Under the pieces are notes generated by a model. The model did not search any database, was not told the DNA's origin, and saw nothing but the letters and a program-made list of their open reading frames with translations. Positions 38,393 through 48,645 of a stretch of 64,000 nucleotides of DNA are shown piece by piece. The DNA comes from Thermoplasmata archaeon. GTDB lineage: Archaea; Thermoplasmatota; Thermoplasmata; RBG-16-68-12. A program made the position numbers and the translations under genes. The stretch is from positions 193,518-257,517 of the forward strand of contig DASPYU010000016.1 of NCBI GenBank assembly GCA_035636595.1, written 5' to 3'. Within the stretch, counting starts at the first letter, position 1; each line of letters begins with the position of its first letter.

Positions 38393-39195
38393 AGTTCGGG
38401 ATCACGGCGAATCCCCACATCCCGACCGCCTACGACGCCGCGAAGGCGATCGTCGCGCGGCTCGAGCTCGCACACGAAGTCCTCCTCGAGTCGGACTTGG
38501 CCCTCGCCTTGAATCGCAAGGGGATGCCACTGGCCCACATGCGCGTCGATGTCGTCCTGGCAATCGGCGGGGACGGCACGATCCTCCGCGCGCTGCAACT
38601 CTCCGATGTGAAGGTCCTCGGAATCAACTCGGGCTCCCTCGGATTCCTGGCGGAGGTCTACTCGAACGAGGCCGACGCGTACCTGGAGCGCGTCGCAAAA
38701 GGCGACTTCCGGGTGGAGGAACGAATGCGCCTGAAGGTCACCGTGGACGGCGAGCGGATGTTCGACTGCACCAACGAGGCCGTCGTGCACACGGCGCAGA
38801 TCGCGAAGATCCGCCATTTCGAAATCCGCGTCGACAGCGAGGTCGTAGAGCGGGTCCGCGCCGACGGGATCATCGTCGCGACCCCGACCGGCTCGACGTC
38901 GTATTCGATGTCCGCCGGAGGGCCGATCGTCGACCCGCGGGTCGACGCGATCATCGCGACCGCCATTGCGCCGTTCAAGCCCGCGTCCCGGCCCCACGTA
39001 TTCCCCGCGAACGCGGGAGTCCACGTGCGCCTCGTGAAGCCGAAGGAGTGCCTCCTCGTCATGGACGGCCAGCATGAGTCGACCCTGAAAGGAACCGAAG
39101 ATGTCGTCCTCACCGCATCGGATCGACGCGCGAAGCTCATCCGCTTCCGCGACGACTTCTACCGGCGAATCGAGGAGAAGCTGTCCCGCCAGTGA
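38389..39195 (+). CDS. nadK: NAD kinase
   Basis: GGDGTIL, GINSGSLGFL, NE, DGIIVATPTGSTSYSMSAGGP. Confidence 0.95.
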   Translation: MKFGITANPHIPTAYDAAKAIVARLELAHEVLLESDLALALNRKGMPLAHMRVDVVLAIGGDGTILRALQLSDVKVLGINSGSLGFLAEVYSNEADAYLERVAKGDFRVEERMRLKVTVDGERMFDCTNEAVVHTAQIAKIRHFEIRVDSEVVERVRADGIIVATPTGSTSYSMSAGGPIVDPRVDAIIATAIAPFKPASRPHVFPANAGVHVRLVKPKECLLVMDGQHESTLKGTEDVVLTASDRRAKLIRFRDDFYRRIEEKLSRQ

Positions 39196-39204
39196 GGTGC
39201 TCCA

Positions 39205-39579
39205 TTGAAGCGCGTGCAATCGATCGCCCGCAAGACCCTCCGCATGATCCTCGAGGCGTCGCGCGACATGTATCCGCGCGAGTTCGGGGCGATCCTCCGC
39301 GCGGAGGAAGGCGTCATCACGGAGCTCATCCTCGTCCCCGGGACCGTGAGCGGGAAGCGGCATGCAATCTTCCAGCTCCACACGCTTCCGGCGGATTTCT
39401 CGGTCGTCGGCACGGTCCACTCCCACCCGAGTGGCGTGCCGGAGCCCTCCGACGAGGACCGCGCGCTGTTCAACAAGTTCGGCGGCGTCCACATCATCGC
39501 GGGCTACCCGTACAACGAGAGCACCTGGGCCGCATGGACGAACAAGGGCGAGCCCGTGACCCTCAAGGTCGTCCCGTGA
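39205..39579 (+). CDS. JAMM/MPN+ metalloprotease
   Basis: YPRE...HSHPSGVPEPSDED. Confidence 0.9.
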   Translation: MKRVQSIARKTLRMILEASRDMYPREFGAILRAEEGVITELILVPGTVSGKRHAIFQLHTLPADFSVVGTVHSHPSGVPEPSDEDRALFNKFGGVHIIAGYPYNESTWAAWTNKGEPVTLKVVP

Positions 39580-40720
39580 CCTCGGGCGCTTTCGCGACGG
39601 ATCGATAGAGCGCTTCGATCTGATCCGTCACGCGCTCGATGCTGAACGAGCTCACGACCTTCTCCCGCCCGCGTTCGCCCATCGTCCGCCGCGCCGCGGG
39701 ATCCGCGAGGAGCCAACGGATCTTTTCCGCGAGGTCCTGCGGGTTGACGGGATCCGCGAGGAGACCTTCCTTCCCGTTGTCAATCACCTCCCGCACGCCC
39801 GGGATGTCGGCGACGACGACCGGTTTGGCCGTCGCCATCGCCTCGAGCGCGACGATCCCGAACGCTTCGAGCCGCGAGACGCTCGGCAGGACGAACACGT
39901 CGCACGCGGCGTACACGCGAGGCAACCCTGCCTCCGAGACGCGGCCGATGAAACGAGTCCGGTGCGCGACGCCGAACGACGTCGCGAGGCGCTTCATCGC
40001 GGGGAGGGCGGACCCGTCCCCGGCAATCAGGAAGAGCGCATCCGGGACGTACTGGGCGGCCTCGATGAAATGCTCGATGCCTTTGTGCGGCACGATCCGA
40101 CCGACGAGGAGGACGATCGGATCACCGGGAGGGAAGTTCAGCTTATCCCGGACGGGCGTCGGGTCGACGCCCGGATTGAAGCGATGATGGTCCACTGCGT
40201 TCGGGATTACCGCAGGATTGTGCCGCCACACGGCCCGGCTCGTCGCGGCGTACGTCTTCGTCGTCACCACGACTTTCGTGGCCTGGCGAAGCATCGAGGC
40301 GCCGAGGCTCCTCCGGTAAAGCGATTCGGCGAGCGTGCCGAACGGAGAGGGCAGCTGGACGTCGCAGTGATAGGTGACGACCGATGGGGTCCCGCGGGAG
40401 GCGGCGACGGACGTGGCGTAGTGCGCGGCGCCAGGAGGAGGGAAGTGTCCGTGGAGGATATCGACATCGAGGCCCCGCAGCACGGCGCGCATCTTCGGCA
40501 TGATCGGGGTACGCATCAGGATCGTCCGGGGTGCTACGCGAACAACGCGGAATCCGTCGAGCGGCTCCTCGGCCGCCAGGGACGCGTCCTGTCGGGACGT
40601 GACGACCGTGACCTCGTGGCCCCGTATCGCGAGCTCGCGGGAGAGGGAGCGCACGTGGCTCTCGACGCCGCCGAGATGGGGGTAGAACCAAGGGGTGACC
40701 TGGGCGATCCGCACGCCCAC
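39563..40720 (-). CDS. GT4 glycosyltransferase
   Basis: GGVESHV, GRIVPHKG, EAFGIVALEAMA. Confidence 0.92.
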   Translation of the reverse strand: MGVRIAQVTPWFYPHLGGVESHVRSLSRELAIRGHEVTVVTSRQDASLAAEEPLDGFRVVRVAPRTILMRTPIMPKMRAVLRGLDVDILHGHFPPPGAAHYATSVAASRGTPSVVTYHCDVQLPSPFGTLAESLYRRSLGASMLRQATKVVVTTKTYAATSRAVWRHNPAVIPNAVDHHRFNPGVDPTPVRDKLNFPPGDPIVLLVGRIVPHKGIEHFIEAAQYVPDALFLIAGDGSALPAMKRLATSFGVAHRTRFIGRVSEAGLPRVYAACDVFVLPSVSRLEAFGIVALEAMATAKPVVVADIPGVREVIDNGKEGLLADPVNPQDLAEKIRWLLADPAARRTMGERGREKVVSSFSIERVTDQIEALYRSVAKAPEVTGRP

Positions 40721-40723
40721 ACC

Positions 40724-41950
40724 TCAGAAGATCCGGCTTCGGGGCGCGATGTTGCCGCGAGCGTGGGCGCCGGGTCCAATGAACGATTCCTCGCCGACGA
40801 TTGTGCCCGCGTCGATCGACGCGTTGATGCCGACCTTCACATCGTCTCCCATGATAACGCCGAGCTTGCGCAGTCCCGTGTCGACCTCGACGCCACGGAA
40901 CACGACCTTGATCGGCGCCTCGTCGAGGCGGAGGTTCGCGACCTTCGTGCCAGCGCCGAGGTTGCAGCGCTCGCCGAGGATGCTGTCGCCCACGTAGTTC
41001 TGGTGCGGGACGTGTGCGGAGGCCATGAGGATCGAATTCTTCACTTCGCACGCGCTGCCGACCTTCGCGTTCGGGCCGATGGCCGTCGATGGCCGGACGT
41101 AGCAGTTCGGCCCGATCTCGGCCCCGGCGCCGATGATCGTCGGCCCCTCGATGTAGGCGCCCTTGCGGACGCGGGCGTCTTCCTCGATGGAGACCTCGCC
41201 GATCACGGTCGCCCCGGCATCGACCTCGCCATGGTCCGCGCCTTTCAGTCGCGATAGGAGGGCTGCATTCGCGCGGAGCAGGTCCCAAGGTCTCCCGACG
41301 TCGATCCAGTCCCCAGGAATCCGGAAGCCGTAGACCTCCTGGGTCGCCATGAGCGTCCGAATCGTGTCCGTGATCTCGTACTCCCCGCGGGGCGACTTCG
41401 GCGTCTTGTCGATCAACGGGAAGATGTCCTTGTCGAAGACGTAGATTCCCGCATTGATTAGGTTCGATTTCGGCTGGCGAGGCTTCTCCTCCAGGCCCAC
41501 GACGGTTCCGTCGTTCACCTCGACGACCCCGAAGGACCGGGGATCCGGGACTTCCGCGAGGGCCATCACCACCCCGCGGACCTTACGGTGGTGCGCGATG
41601 ATCTCCCCGAACGCGTCACCCGAGACGACCACGTCCCCGTTCACGCTCAAGAACGGACCGTCGACATGGGACCGCATCCGGCCGATGGCATGGGCGGTGC
41701 CGAGTCGTTCGGTCTGCTCCTCGTATTCGATCGAGAGGCCCAGTGCCTCGCCGTCGCCGAAGCTCTCGCGGATCCGATGGCCCTGCCACCCGATCAGGAT
41801 TGCGGCCTCGGAGATCCCCGCGGAGCGCAATGCCTCCAGCGTGTGCCGCAGAAACGGCTTGCCGGCCACCGGTAGAAGGGGCTTGGGAAGATTGGCCGTG
41901 AGGGGACGCATCCGAGTTCCCTCGCCGGCCGCGAGAACGACGGCTTTCAT
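40724..41950 (-). CDS. glmU: Archaeal bifunctional sugar-1-phosphate nucleotidyltransferase/acetyltransferase (GlmU)
   Basis: VLAAGEGTRMRPLT..PKP plus a hexapeptide left-handed beta-helix; coupled to glmM by ATGA overlap. Confidence 0.9.
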   Translation of the reverse strand: MKAVVLAAGEGTRMRPLTANLPKPLLPVAGKPFLRHTLEALRSAGISEAAILIGWQGHRIRESFGDGEALGLSIEYEEQTERLGTAHAIGRMRSHVDGPFLSVNGDVVVSGDAFGEIIAHHRKVRGVVMALAEVPDPRSFGVVEVNDGTVVGLEEKPRQPKSNLINAGIYVFDKDIFPLIDKTPKSPRGEYEITDTIRTLMATQEVYGFRIPGDWIDVGRPWDLLRANAALLSRLKGADHGEVDAGATVIGEVSIEEDARVRKGAYIEGPTIIGAGAEIGPNCYVRPSTAIGPNAKVGSACEVKNSILMASAHVPHQNYVGDSILGERCNLGAGTKVANLRLDEAPIKVVFRGVEVDTGLRKLGVIMGDDVKVGINASIDAGTIVGEESFIGPGAHARGNIAPRSRIF

Positions 41951-43251
41951 GCGGCGGCGCCTTTCGCGCTCGATAGGACCGTGGAATATATCTCCTTTGT
42001 TCTGGCCTCTTCCCGCGACTCCGCCACGATGCGAATTTTCGGTTCCGTCCCGGAGAAACGCACGAGCGCCCATCCGTCATCGAACTGCAAACGCCAGCCG
42101 TCGATCGTCTCGATCTCTGAGACGATGGCGCGCAGCGCGACGTCGAGGCGCTGCTGAATTGCGGCGCGCTTTGATCCATCGTATGCGATCGCGCCGCGGA
42201 CGACGGGATAGCGAGGGATCTCTCGCACGAGTGCCGCGAGCGGATGCTCGGCCACGATCGAGACGAGGCGCGCGGCGGCGTACACTCCGTCCGGGCAGTA
42301 CGTGGCCTTGGGGAAGATCCAAGTGCCCGAGGGCTCGCCGCCGAATTCCGCGCCGCGACGTTTGAGCTCCGCCGCGACGTAGACGTCGCCGACGCGTGTG
42401 CGCCACACCTTCGCCTTCGGCAGGAGGTCCTCGAGGACCATCGACGCATCGACCGGCACGACGAGGCCGTGCCGCACCTCGCGCTTCGCGAACAGGGCGA
42501 GCAACGCGTCTCCGCCCACGAAGCGGCCTTCGTGATCCACCGCCACCATCCGATCCCCGTCTCCGTCGTGGGCGATCCCGAGGTCCGCCTTTACCGCACG
42601 GACCGTCGACATTAGCGCCTCCAGATTCTCCTCCGTCGGCTCCGGGTTGCGTCCTGGGAAATGGCCGTCCGCTTGGGCGTTGATTGCGATTACTTCACAG
42701 CCCATCTGTCGAAGGAGGAACGGCGTGATCGTCGCGGTTGCACCGCAACCGCAATCCACGACGACACGAAGCTTGACGCGACCGACGTCATGCAAGATCG
42801 CGCGGACATGACCCTCGACAAGGTCGTGCCGGGCCGAGACCGTTCCGACGTGATCCCACGCCGCCGCGCGGAACCGGCCCGCCTCGAGCGCGTCTTCGAT
42901 TTCCTTCTGCTGGCCCTCGTCGAACGCCATCCCATCGGGATTCCAGAGCTTGATGCCGTTGTCGGGCGCAGGGTTGTGGGAAGCCGTGATCATCGCGCCG
43001 CACGCATATTCGTGGGCGCCACGAGCAAGCGTCGGCGTCGAGACGAGGCCCGCATCGACCGCGTTCGACCCAGCCGCGAGGACGCCGGCCATGAGGGCGT
43101 GGGACAACATCGGGCCCGTGAGCCGCGGATCCCGGCCGACGACCGTATCTCCATAGGATTCGCCCAATGCCATCCCGACATGCAAGGCGAGGTCGGGTGT
43201 CACATCCACGTTGCCGCGGCCTCGAATGCCCGACGACCCGAAGCGAGTCAC
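41947..43251 (-). CDS. glmM: Phosphoglucosamine mutase / phosphohexomutase
   Basis: FGSSGIRG, ITASHNP, DGDGDR, GGEPSG, RFSGTEPKIR. Confidence 0.9.
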   Translation of the reverse strand: MTRFGSSGIRGRGNVDVTPDLALHVGMALGESYGDTVVGRDPRLTGPMLSHALMAGVLAAGSNAVDAGLVSTPTLARGAHEYACGAMITASHNPAPDNGIKLWNPDGMAFDEGQQKEIEDALEAGRFRAAAWDHVGTVSARHDLVEGHVRAILHDVGRVKLRVVVDCGCGATATITPFLLRQMGCEVIAINAQADGHFPGRNPEPTEENLEALMSTVRAVKADLGIAHDGDGDRMVAVDHEGRFVGGDALLALFAKREVRHGLVVPVDASMVLEDLLPKAKVWRTRVGDVYVAAELKRRGAEFGGEPSGTWIFPKATYCPDGVYAAARLVSIVAEHPLAALVREIPRYPVVRGAIAYDGSKRAAIQQRLDVALRAIVSEIETIDGWRLQFDDGWALVRFSGTEPKIRIVAESREEARTKEIYSTVLSSAKGAAA

Positions 43252-43382
43252 CGGTCGAGATACGACGCGCGCGATAGAAAGCCTTCGTGAGCGAGAACGC
43301 ACAACCCTGAAAGAAGCATTATATATCGACGCTCGAATCCGCGAACGCGCGATCCGTCGGGACCGGCGCCAGGAGGGATCGG

Positions 43383-43604
43383 ATGGTCATGGAGCCCGTA
43401 ACGGTCGAGGACGCGATCGAGAAGGCGAAGAAGAAAGGTCTCCGGCCGGGGCGGGTTAGGGGCACGGACGGGATTCAGTTCACCAAAGGCCGGAACAACC
43501 GGATTGAAGTGATCAGCTGGGACGACTTCCGTAACACCCTCGCCGAACGGCAGCTCGAGGTGTACGAGTCCAGCGGCTTCATGAAGATCATGAAGAAACG
43601 CTGA
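43383..43604 (+). CDS. Small basic hypothetical protein
   Basis: GGAGGG SD, TTATATAT upstream, genome-typical codon use. Confidence 0.7.
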   Translation: MVMEPVTVEDAIEKAKKKGLRPGRVRGTDGIQFTKGRNNRIEVISWDDFRNTLAERQLEVYESSGFMKIMKKR

Positions 43605-43618
43605 CGCTCCTTGGACTC

Positions 43619-44113
43619 TCAGCGGGATCCGACTTTCTGGCCGCAGTACGGGCAAACCTTCCAGTCCGGCAAGAGCGCCGCGCCGCAATTCTTGCATGCA
43701 ATCGGTGCCATCGAGGGCGCGCGGCGAGCCTTGGTCTCCGCCGTCCCGAGAGACTGCCAGAATGCGAGCATGAGATTCTGTGCGTCCGTTTCGTATTCGG
43801 TATAGGAAATGGCGCCGCCGAGCACCGCGACGGGCAGCAGGAAGACCGCCGTCACGGCCCCGGCAATGAGGCCCTCGTCCGTGATCGAGGCGCCGAACGA
43901 AAGGTCGACATTACAGCCACCATCGGTATCGTCGAGGATCAAGTCGAACTCACGGCGGAGCCCGATTTGAGAATAGTGCGATGCGCCATGGATCCGGTAC
44001 GGCCCCGTCTTGGTGAGTGCAAACCCCTGACGGGTCCACCAACCCCACGCCTTCGGCCAGAAATCCTCGCGTCGCGCGCCCGGGAAGGATCGGACCTCGC
44101 GCTTCTCGAACAC
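43619..44113 (-). CDS. Membrane-associated zinc-ribbon protein
   Basis: Hydrophobic segment plus CKNCG..CPYCG. Confidence 0.7.
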   Translation of the reverse strand: MFEKREVRSFPGARREDFWPKAWGWWTRQGFALTKTGPYRIHGASHYSQIGLRREFDLILDDTDGGCNVDLSFGASITDEGLIAGAVTAVFLLPVAVLGGAISYTEYETDAQNLMLAFWQSLGTAETKARRAPSMAPIACKNCGAALLPDWKVCPYCGQKVGSR

Positions 44114-44210
44114 GCCTCAACGAACTCGCAGATGCGCTTAGGGTTTTCGACGGCAGGCCAACCCACCGCAAGATTATTACGAGCCCACGAATTCGCTGCG
44201 GAGCACGCGT

Positions 44211-44295
44211 GCGTGGGTTGCCAAGCTTGGTCAAAGGCGCAGGACTCAGGATCCTGTCTCGTAGGGGTTCGCAGGTTCAAATCCTGCCCCACGCA
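44211..44295 (+). tRNA. tRNA-Leu(CAG)
   Basis: GCGTGGGTTGCCAAGCTTGGTCAAAGGCG CAGGA-CTCAGGA-TCCTG, long variable arm, GGTTCAAATCC, CCCACGCA. Confidence 0.95.
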
Positions 44296-44574
44296 TCCTA
44301 CCTCTCGTCCGGCCTCGTGGTTTCGCTGCGTCCAGAAAGCGACATTAGGTGGACCCTAGCCAAACGTAAGAAACGCGCCTGAATCGACTCCGACGGACCG
44401 GTTTGTACCGACCCTATTTGAAGGAGACCGGGCGACATATAAGTAGCGAGACAGACAAACGTCCGACGTGGGGTCTACGTCCGAGCTAGATTTCCGTAAG
44501 ACTCCACATTTCATATTGCAACCGCAGACTATGCACGAAACTTTTTCATAGTTCCCGGGGCATTTCAAGACCCG

Positions 44575-44651
44575 CCAAGTGAACGGGATTTCGGGGCGAC
44601 CGGATCCCGGACGCCGGTCAGTGGACCGGCCTCATTTTCACTTGGAGGTGA
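44575..44651 (+). promoter_or_regulatory. Structured 5' leader (three-way junction) abutting the SD of the aminotransferase
   Basis: P1 CCAAGTGAA/TTCACTTGG encloses two hairpins; the SD GGAGGTGA overlaps the 3' end of P1. Confidence 0.55.
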
Positions 44652-44655
44652 TCGA

Positions 44656-46110
44656 TTGCCGTCCCAGAAGTTCAGCCGGAAGTATCTCACGCGACACAAA
44701 CGGAGCGCCCAGCTCTGGCGCCGCGCGAGCAAGCTCACCCCGGGCGGCGTCGAGAGCAACATCCGGTACTTCAAACCGCATCCGTTCCTCGCGGACTACG
44801 GCGATGGCGGCTACATCTACGACGTCGACGGCAACAAGATCCTCGACTTCATGATGGGCTTCGGCGGGCTGCTCCTCGGGCACAACAACCGCGACATCGC
44901 CCTCGAGGTGATCAAACAGCTCGAATCCGGTTCGATGCTCGGCGTCACGAGCGAGCTCTTCGTCGACTACCTCGAGACGGTCCAGAAGGCCGTCCCGTCG
45001 ATGAAGAAAATCCGCCTGACGAACAGTGGCACGGAGGCGACGATGCACGCCCTCCGGACCGCCCGCGCATATACGGGCCGCGAGAAGATCGCGAAGGCCG
45101 AAGGCGCGTACCACGGCGCCCACGACTACGTCCTGCAGAGCCTCGACATGGACGCGCGGACCGCGCGGCGGATGAACGGCTACAAGCCGGTCCCATATGG
45201 CCGCGGCATCCCGAAGGCGGTCTCCGACACGGTCGTCATCTATCCGTACAACGACATCGAAGGCACCGCCGAAGTCCTCGAGAAGAACGAGGACGAGGTC
45301 GCCGCCCTCATCATCGAGCCGGTGCTGTGCGGACCCGGCGTCATCGTCCCGAAGGGAAACTACCTGACACGGTTGCGGCAGCTCACGCGAAAGAAGCGGG
45401 TCGTCCTCATCTTCGACGAAGTCCTGACCGGGTTCCGCCTCGCCTACGGCGGCGCGCAGGAATACTACGACGTCCGGCCGGACTTGACGACCTTCGGAAA
45501 GATCGCCGGCGGCGGCTTCCAGCTCGCGGGATTCGGCGGCGAGGCGCAGATCATGGACGTCCTCGAGCCGGGCCGCGGGTGGCGGTACGCGACGTTCCAT
45601 GCGGGCACCTACAACGGCCATCCGATCAGTGTGGCCGCCGGACTGAAGGGCCTGCAGATCCTGGGCGAGCACCCGGAGTATTACGATCACGTCAACAGCC
45701 TCGGCCGCCAGCTCTTCACCGGACTCCAGGACCTCGCGGACGACCGACGCCTCCCCGCATGGGTCGAGTACGTCGGGTCGATCGGGAACGTCTACTTCAC
45801 GACAAAAGACGAGATCCGGAACTTCCGGGACACCCTGAGCGCGAACACGCGGCGCTGGTGGAACTGGTTCATCCACTGCCTTGGGAACAACGTCCTGTTC
45901 GGCATTCCGCAAACGGGCGAGCGGGCATTCCTCTGCACGGAGCACACGGAGGAAGACATCGAGTGGGCGCTCGAGGTCGCGGACAACGCGTTCGCCGCGA
46001 TCGCCAAGGAAGCGAAACGCCATCGCGAGAAGGCCCCATCCGTCCAAATGCAAGCCGTCGGCGAGCAAGCCGCGCTGTATGGAGAGGCGCAACCGCCCCC
46101 GAGCGTGTGA
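44656..46110 (+). CDS. Class III PLP aminotransferase (glutamate-1-semialdehyde aminomutase-like)
   Basis: PGGVES, NSGTEATM, YHG, IFDEVLTGFR, PDLTTFGKIAGGG, AGTYNG; TTG start. Confidence 0.88.
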   Translation: MPSQKFSRKYLTRHKRSAQLWRRASKLTPGGVESNIRYFKPHPFLADYGDGGYIYDVDGNKILDFMMGFGGLLLGHNNRDIALEVIKQLESGSMLGVTSELFVDYLETVQKAVPSMKKIRLTNSGTEATMHALRTARAYTGREKIAKAEGAYHGAHDYVLQSLDMDARTARRMNGYKPVPYGRGIPKAVSDTVVIYPYNDIEGTAEVLEKNEDEVAALIIEPVLCGPGVIVPKGNYLTRLRQLTRKKRVVLIFDEVLTGFRLAYGGAQEYYDVRPDLTTFGKIAGGGFQLAGFGGEAQIMDVLEPGRGWRYATFHAGTYNGHPISVAAGLKGLQILGEHPEYYDHVNSLGRQLFTGLQDLADDRRLPAWVEYVGSIGNVYFTTKDEIRNFRDTLSANTRRWWNWFIHCLGNNVLFGIPQTGERAFLCTEHTEEDIEWALEVADNAFAAIAKEAKRHREKAPSVQMQAVGEQAALYGEAQPPPSV

Positions 46111-46125
46111 GCGTCGAACCGGGCC

Positions 46126-47307
46126 TCACTTGAGCGTTCGGGTCTCCTCCGCGAATTCCGTGACCCGAATCCCACGGTCTCGGCTCGCGAGTTCTTTGAA
46201 GTACGGCAACGGATCGAACGCAATCTCCGGAGGCATGACGCCGCGTTCTTTGATCAACCCCTTCACGGCCCATTGCGCGGCGATCGACGGCGGCACGCCC
46301 GTGTCGACGACTCCCCCGCCGACGTTCCATCGCTTGTGCGGCCACGTGACCGCCTCGTAGCGCAACGTCACGGGATGGCCATCTTTCTCCCCGATCAGGA
46401 CGCAGCGCTGGATGTCGACATCGAGTTCCGGCTCCTTGGGCTTCGGCAGGTTGTCGATCGCGGTCGACGTCACGTCGTATGGACGGACCCGGATGCCTTC
46501 CACCGCCACCTCATCTCGATTCGCGAGGCCGAGTCGGACCAGGGTGGCAACGGTCTCCCGGAACGCGGCCGGGAAGGCGACGATGAAATCCATTTCCTGG
46601 ATTCCCTTGCCGATCGTCTCGGGCATTGTCGCGAGTTCCGAGTGGATCGTGTAGTAGCCTTCGACGACGCCGACGGGTGGGATGAACTCGGAGCGCTCGA
46701 GTCCGGAAAGCGCGGGGACGAACTGGATCTTCCCCTTGCGCAGGATCGGGGCGTCCATCGAGAACTCGTCGAGGATCGTGCGGATCGCATACGGGGGCAC
46801 GAACAGCCCGGGCTCGCCGCCGGAGACGACGGCGCCGCTGCTCCGCAGGAGGACCTTGTGGACGCGGTCGAGCTTGCTCGCCCCGTACATGCCGAGGACG
46901 TTCATCGTGCCGGGCGTCGATCCGATCCCGAGGACGCAGGCGACGCCGGCATCTTTCGCGCGCTTGTCGAGCTTCCGTTGGCGGAGTGTCTGGTGGTACA
47001 AGCCGCCGAGGTCGCAGTAGTGAATCCCGGCCTGGATCGCCGCTTCCGTGATCGGGACGTTCAGGTCGTACCACGCGCTGTTGATGACGCAGTCCCAGTT
47101 CCGGAACTCCCGGACGAGGGCGCCGGAATCCCTCGCGTCGATCGGCACGCCGACCGCGCGGTCGTCCTTCTGCGCCTTCGCCGCGGCCTTCGCCTTCTGC
47201 GCGTCGCGGCCCGCGATTCCGACGCGCTCGACACCCGGGCTGGACAGCAGGTCGGGGACGGTCGACTGGGCCATCGCGCCGTATCCGCCGAGGATGATAA
47301 TCTTCAC
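46126..47307 (-). CDS. Saccharopine/lysine 6-dehydrogenase-family NAD(P)-binding oxidoreductase
   Basis: IILGGYGAM, HYCDLGG, GIGSTPG, HSELAT, TGVPPSI, GVMPPE. Confidence 0.85.
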   Translation of the reverse strand: MKIIILGGYGAMAQSTVPDLLSSPGVERVGIAGRDAQKAKAAAKAQKDDRAVGVPIDARDSGALVREFRNWDCVINSAWYDLNVPITEAAIQAGIHYCDLGGLYHQTLRQRKLDKRAKDAGVACVLGIGSTPGTMNVLGMYGASKLDRVHKVLLRSSGAVVSGGEPGLFVPPYAIRTILDEFSMDAPILRKGKIQFVPALSGLERSEFIPPVGVVEGYYTIHSELATMPETIGKGIQEMDFIVAFPAAFRETVATLVRLGLANRDEVAVEGIRVRPYDVTSTAIDNLPKPKEPELDVDIQRCVLIGEKDGHPVTLRYEAVTWPHKRWNVGGGVVDTGVPPSIAAQWAVKGLIKERGVMPPEIAFDPLPYFKELASRDRGIRVTEFAEETRTLK

Positions 47308-47340
47308 GAAACGGCCCCGATTCGCGGGAAGCCGCGGAGC

Positions 47341-48645
47341 TCATTTACCCTTTTCGAGCGATCCTTCGGCGTCGCCGATCGAAAGGGTCGCGAGGACCGC
47401 CGATCCGGACAGGATGAGGCCGACGCTGAGACCGAACGCGATTCCGTACCCCAGCCACTCCGCGGTGAAGCCGCCGGCGAGCGGCCCGAGGATCGATCCG
47501 AACCCTTGCACCGCGTTGTACGCGCCGAACGCCTGGGCCCGGCCTTTGACGGGTGCCAGGTGGGACACGAGCGTCGAACCCGCGACGTTGATGACGGCCC
47601 AGCACAAACCCACCCCGGAGTGGAGGACGAAGATGATCGCAAGCAAGCCGATCGCCGGCATCGGCACGAACCCCACCGCGAAGAAGGCGCCGAAGAGGGC
47701 GGACCGTCCGACGACCGCATAGAGCTGCATGGACGCGCCTTTGCGCGAGGAGATTCGTCTCCCGACGTAGGGGTACGCGGCGATCGACATCGCCTGGCTC
47801 CCGATGTACACGGCGAAGACTTCCGGACTCGAGAGCCCGTACGCTTGGGTGAGAAAAATCGGGAAGAAGCTGTAGAATGCGGTGAAGCCGCCGAAGAAGA
47901 GGAAGACGCATATCAGGTACGCACGCAGCGAAGGAGGCAGCCGCGTCTCGGGAGGCCTCGGCGTCCTCAGGTCGAAATAGTGGAGGACCCGCATCGGAAG
48001 ATAGTGTCCCCGTTCGACGCGGGGACGTGCGTACGTGCCCTCGACCTGGCTGCGGACCACCCGCTCCGTCGGCTCGTGGGTCCAGAGGAACGCGAGGAGG
48101 ACGGAGACGGCGCCGAATCCCGAGCCAATCAGGAACAACGTGCGCATCGCCGCCAGACCGGGACCGGCGACCGCGGGGCCGGACGCGAGCCAGACGACCC
48201 CGAGTCCCAAGCCCCCGACCCAGCCCACCGCACCGATGCGACTGACGAACGCGAGCCGCGACGGCCATTCCTCCCGGGCGGAGGTCTCCATGATCAGGAC
48301 GGTGCCCACGGGACCGCTCGCCGCGCCGAGGAAGCCGATGAGCAGATTCACCAGATAGAACTCGGAGAGCGTGCGGCTGGCCGCCATGAGGACGAAGCAG
48401 ATCGTGTTCCCTAGGAACCCGATCAAGAGGAAGGCCTTCCGTCGACCCAGGCGGTCGGAGAGGGAACCCCACAGCATGAACGCCGGGACCGACGCGATGC
48501 TCGTCGCGGCCGCGATGATGCCCACGTCCGACAGGCTCCCCCCGAGTCCGTACGCGAAGAGCGGAATCAAGGCGGAGGTCGCACCGCCGGCGATGCCTTG
48601 CGGGAGATACGAGTAGAACCAGTGAGAACCGTTCGCCCGCTCCAA
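47341..48645 (-). CDS. MFS transporter
   Basis: WGSLSDRLGRRK motif A, about 12 TM segments; start TTG 48645 is uncertain. Confidence 0.88.
   Translation of the reverse strand: MERANGSHWFYSYLPQGIAGGATSALIPLFAYGLGGSLSDVGIIAAATSIASVPAFMLWGSLSDRLGRRKAFLLIGFLGNTICFVLMAASRTLSEFYLVNLLIGFLGAASGPVGTVLIMETSAREEWPSRLAFVSRIGAVGWVGGLGLGVVWLASGPAVAGPGLAAMRTLFLIGSGFGAVSVLLAFLWTHEPTERVVRSQVEGTYARPRVERGHYLPMRVLHYFDLRTPRPPETRLPPSLRAYLICVFLFFGGFTAFYSFFPIFLTQAYGLSSPEVFAVYIGSQAMSIAAYPYVGRRISSRKGASMQLYAVVGRSALFGAFFAVGFVPMPAIGLLAIIFVLHSGVGLCWAVINVAGSTLVSHLAPVKGRAQAFGAYNAVQGFGSILGPLAGGFTAEWLGYGIAFGLSVGLILSGSAVLATLSIGDAEGSLEKGK

Noticed and set aside
44575..44645. Hammerhead ribozyme
   Set aside because: The three-way junction lacks the CUGANGA/GAAA core in the required arrangement on either strand.
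44656..46110. Calling the aminotransferase hemL
   Set aside because: HemL-like, but no haem genes are nearby and the motifs differ (FHAGTYNG); substrate left open.
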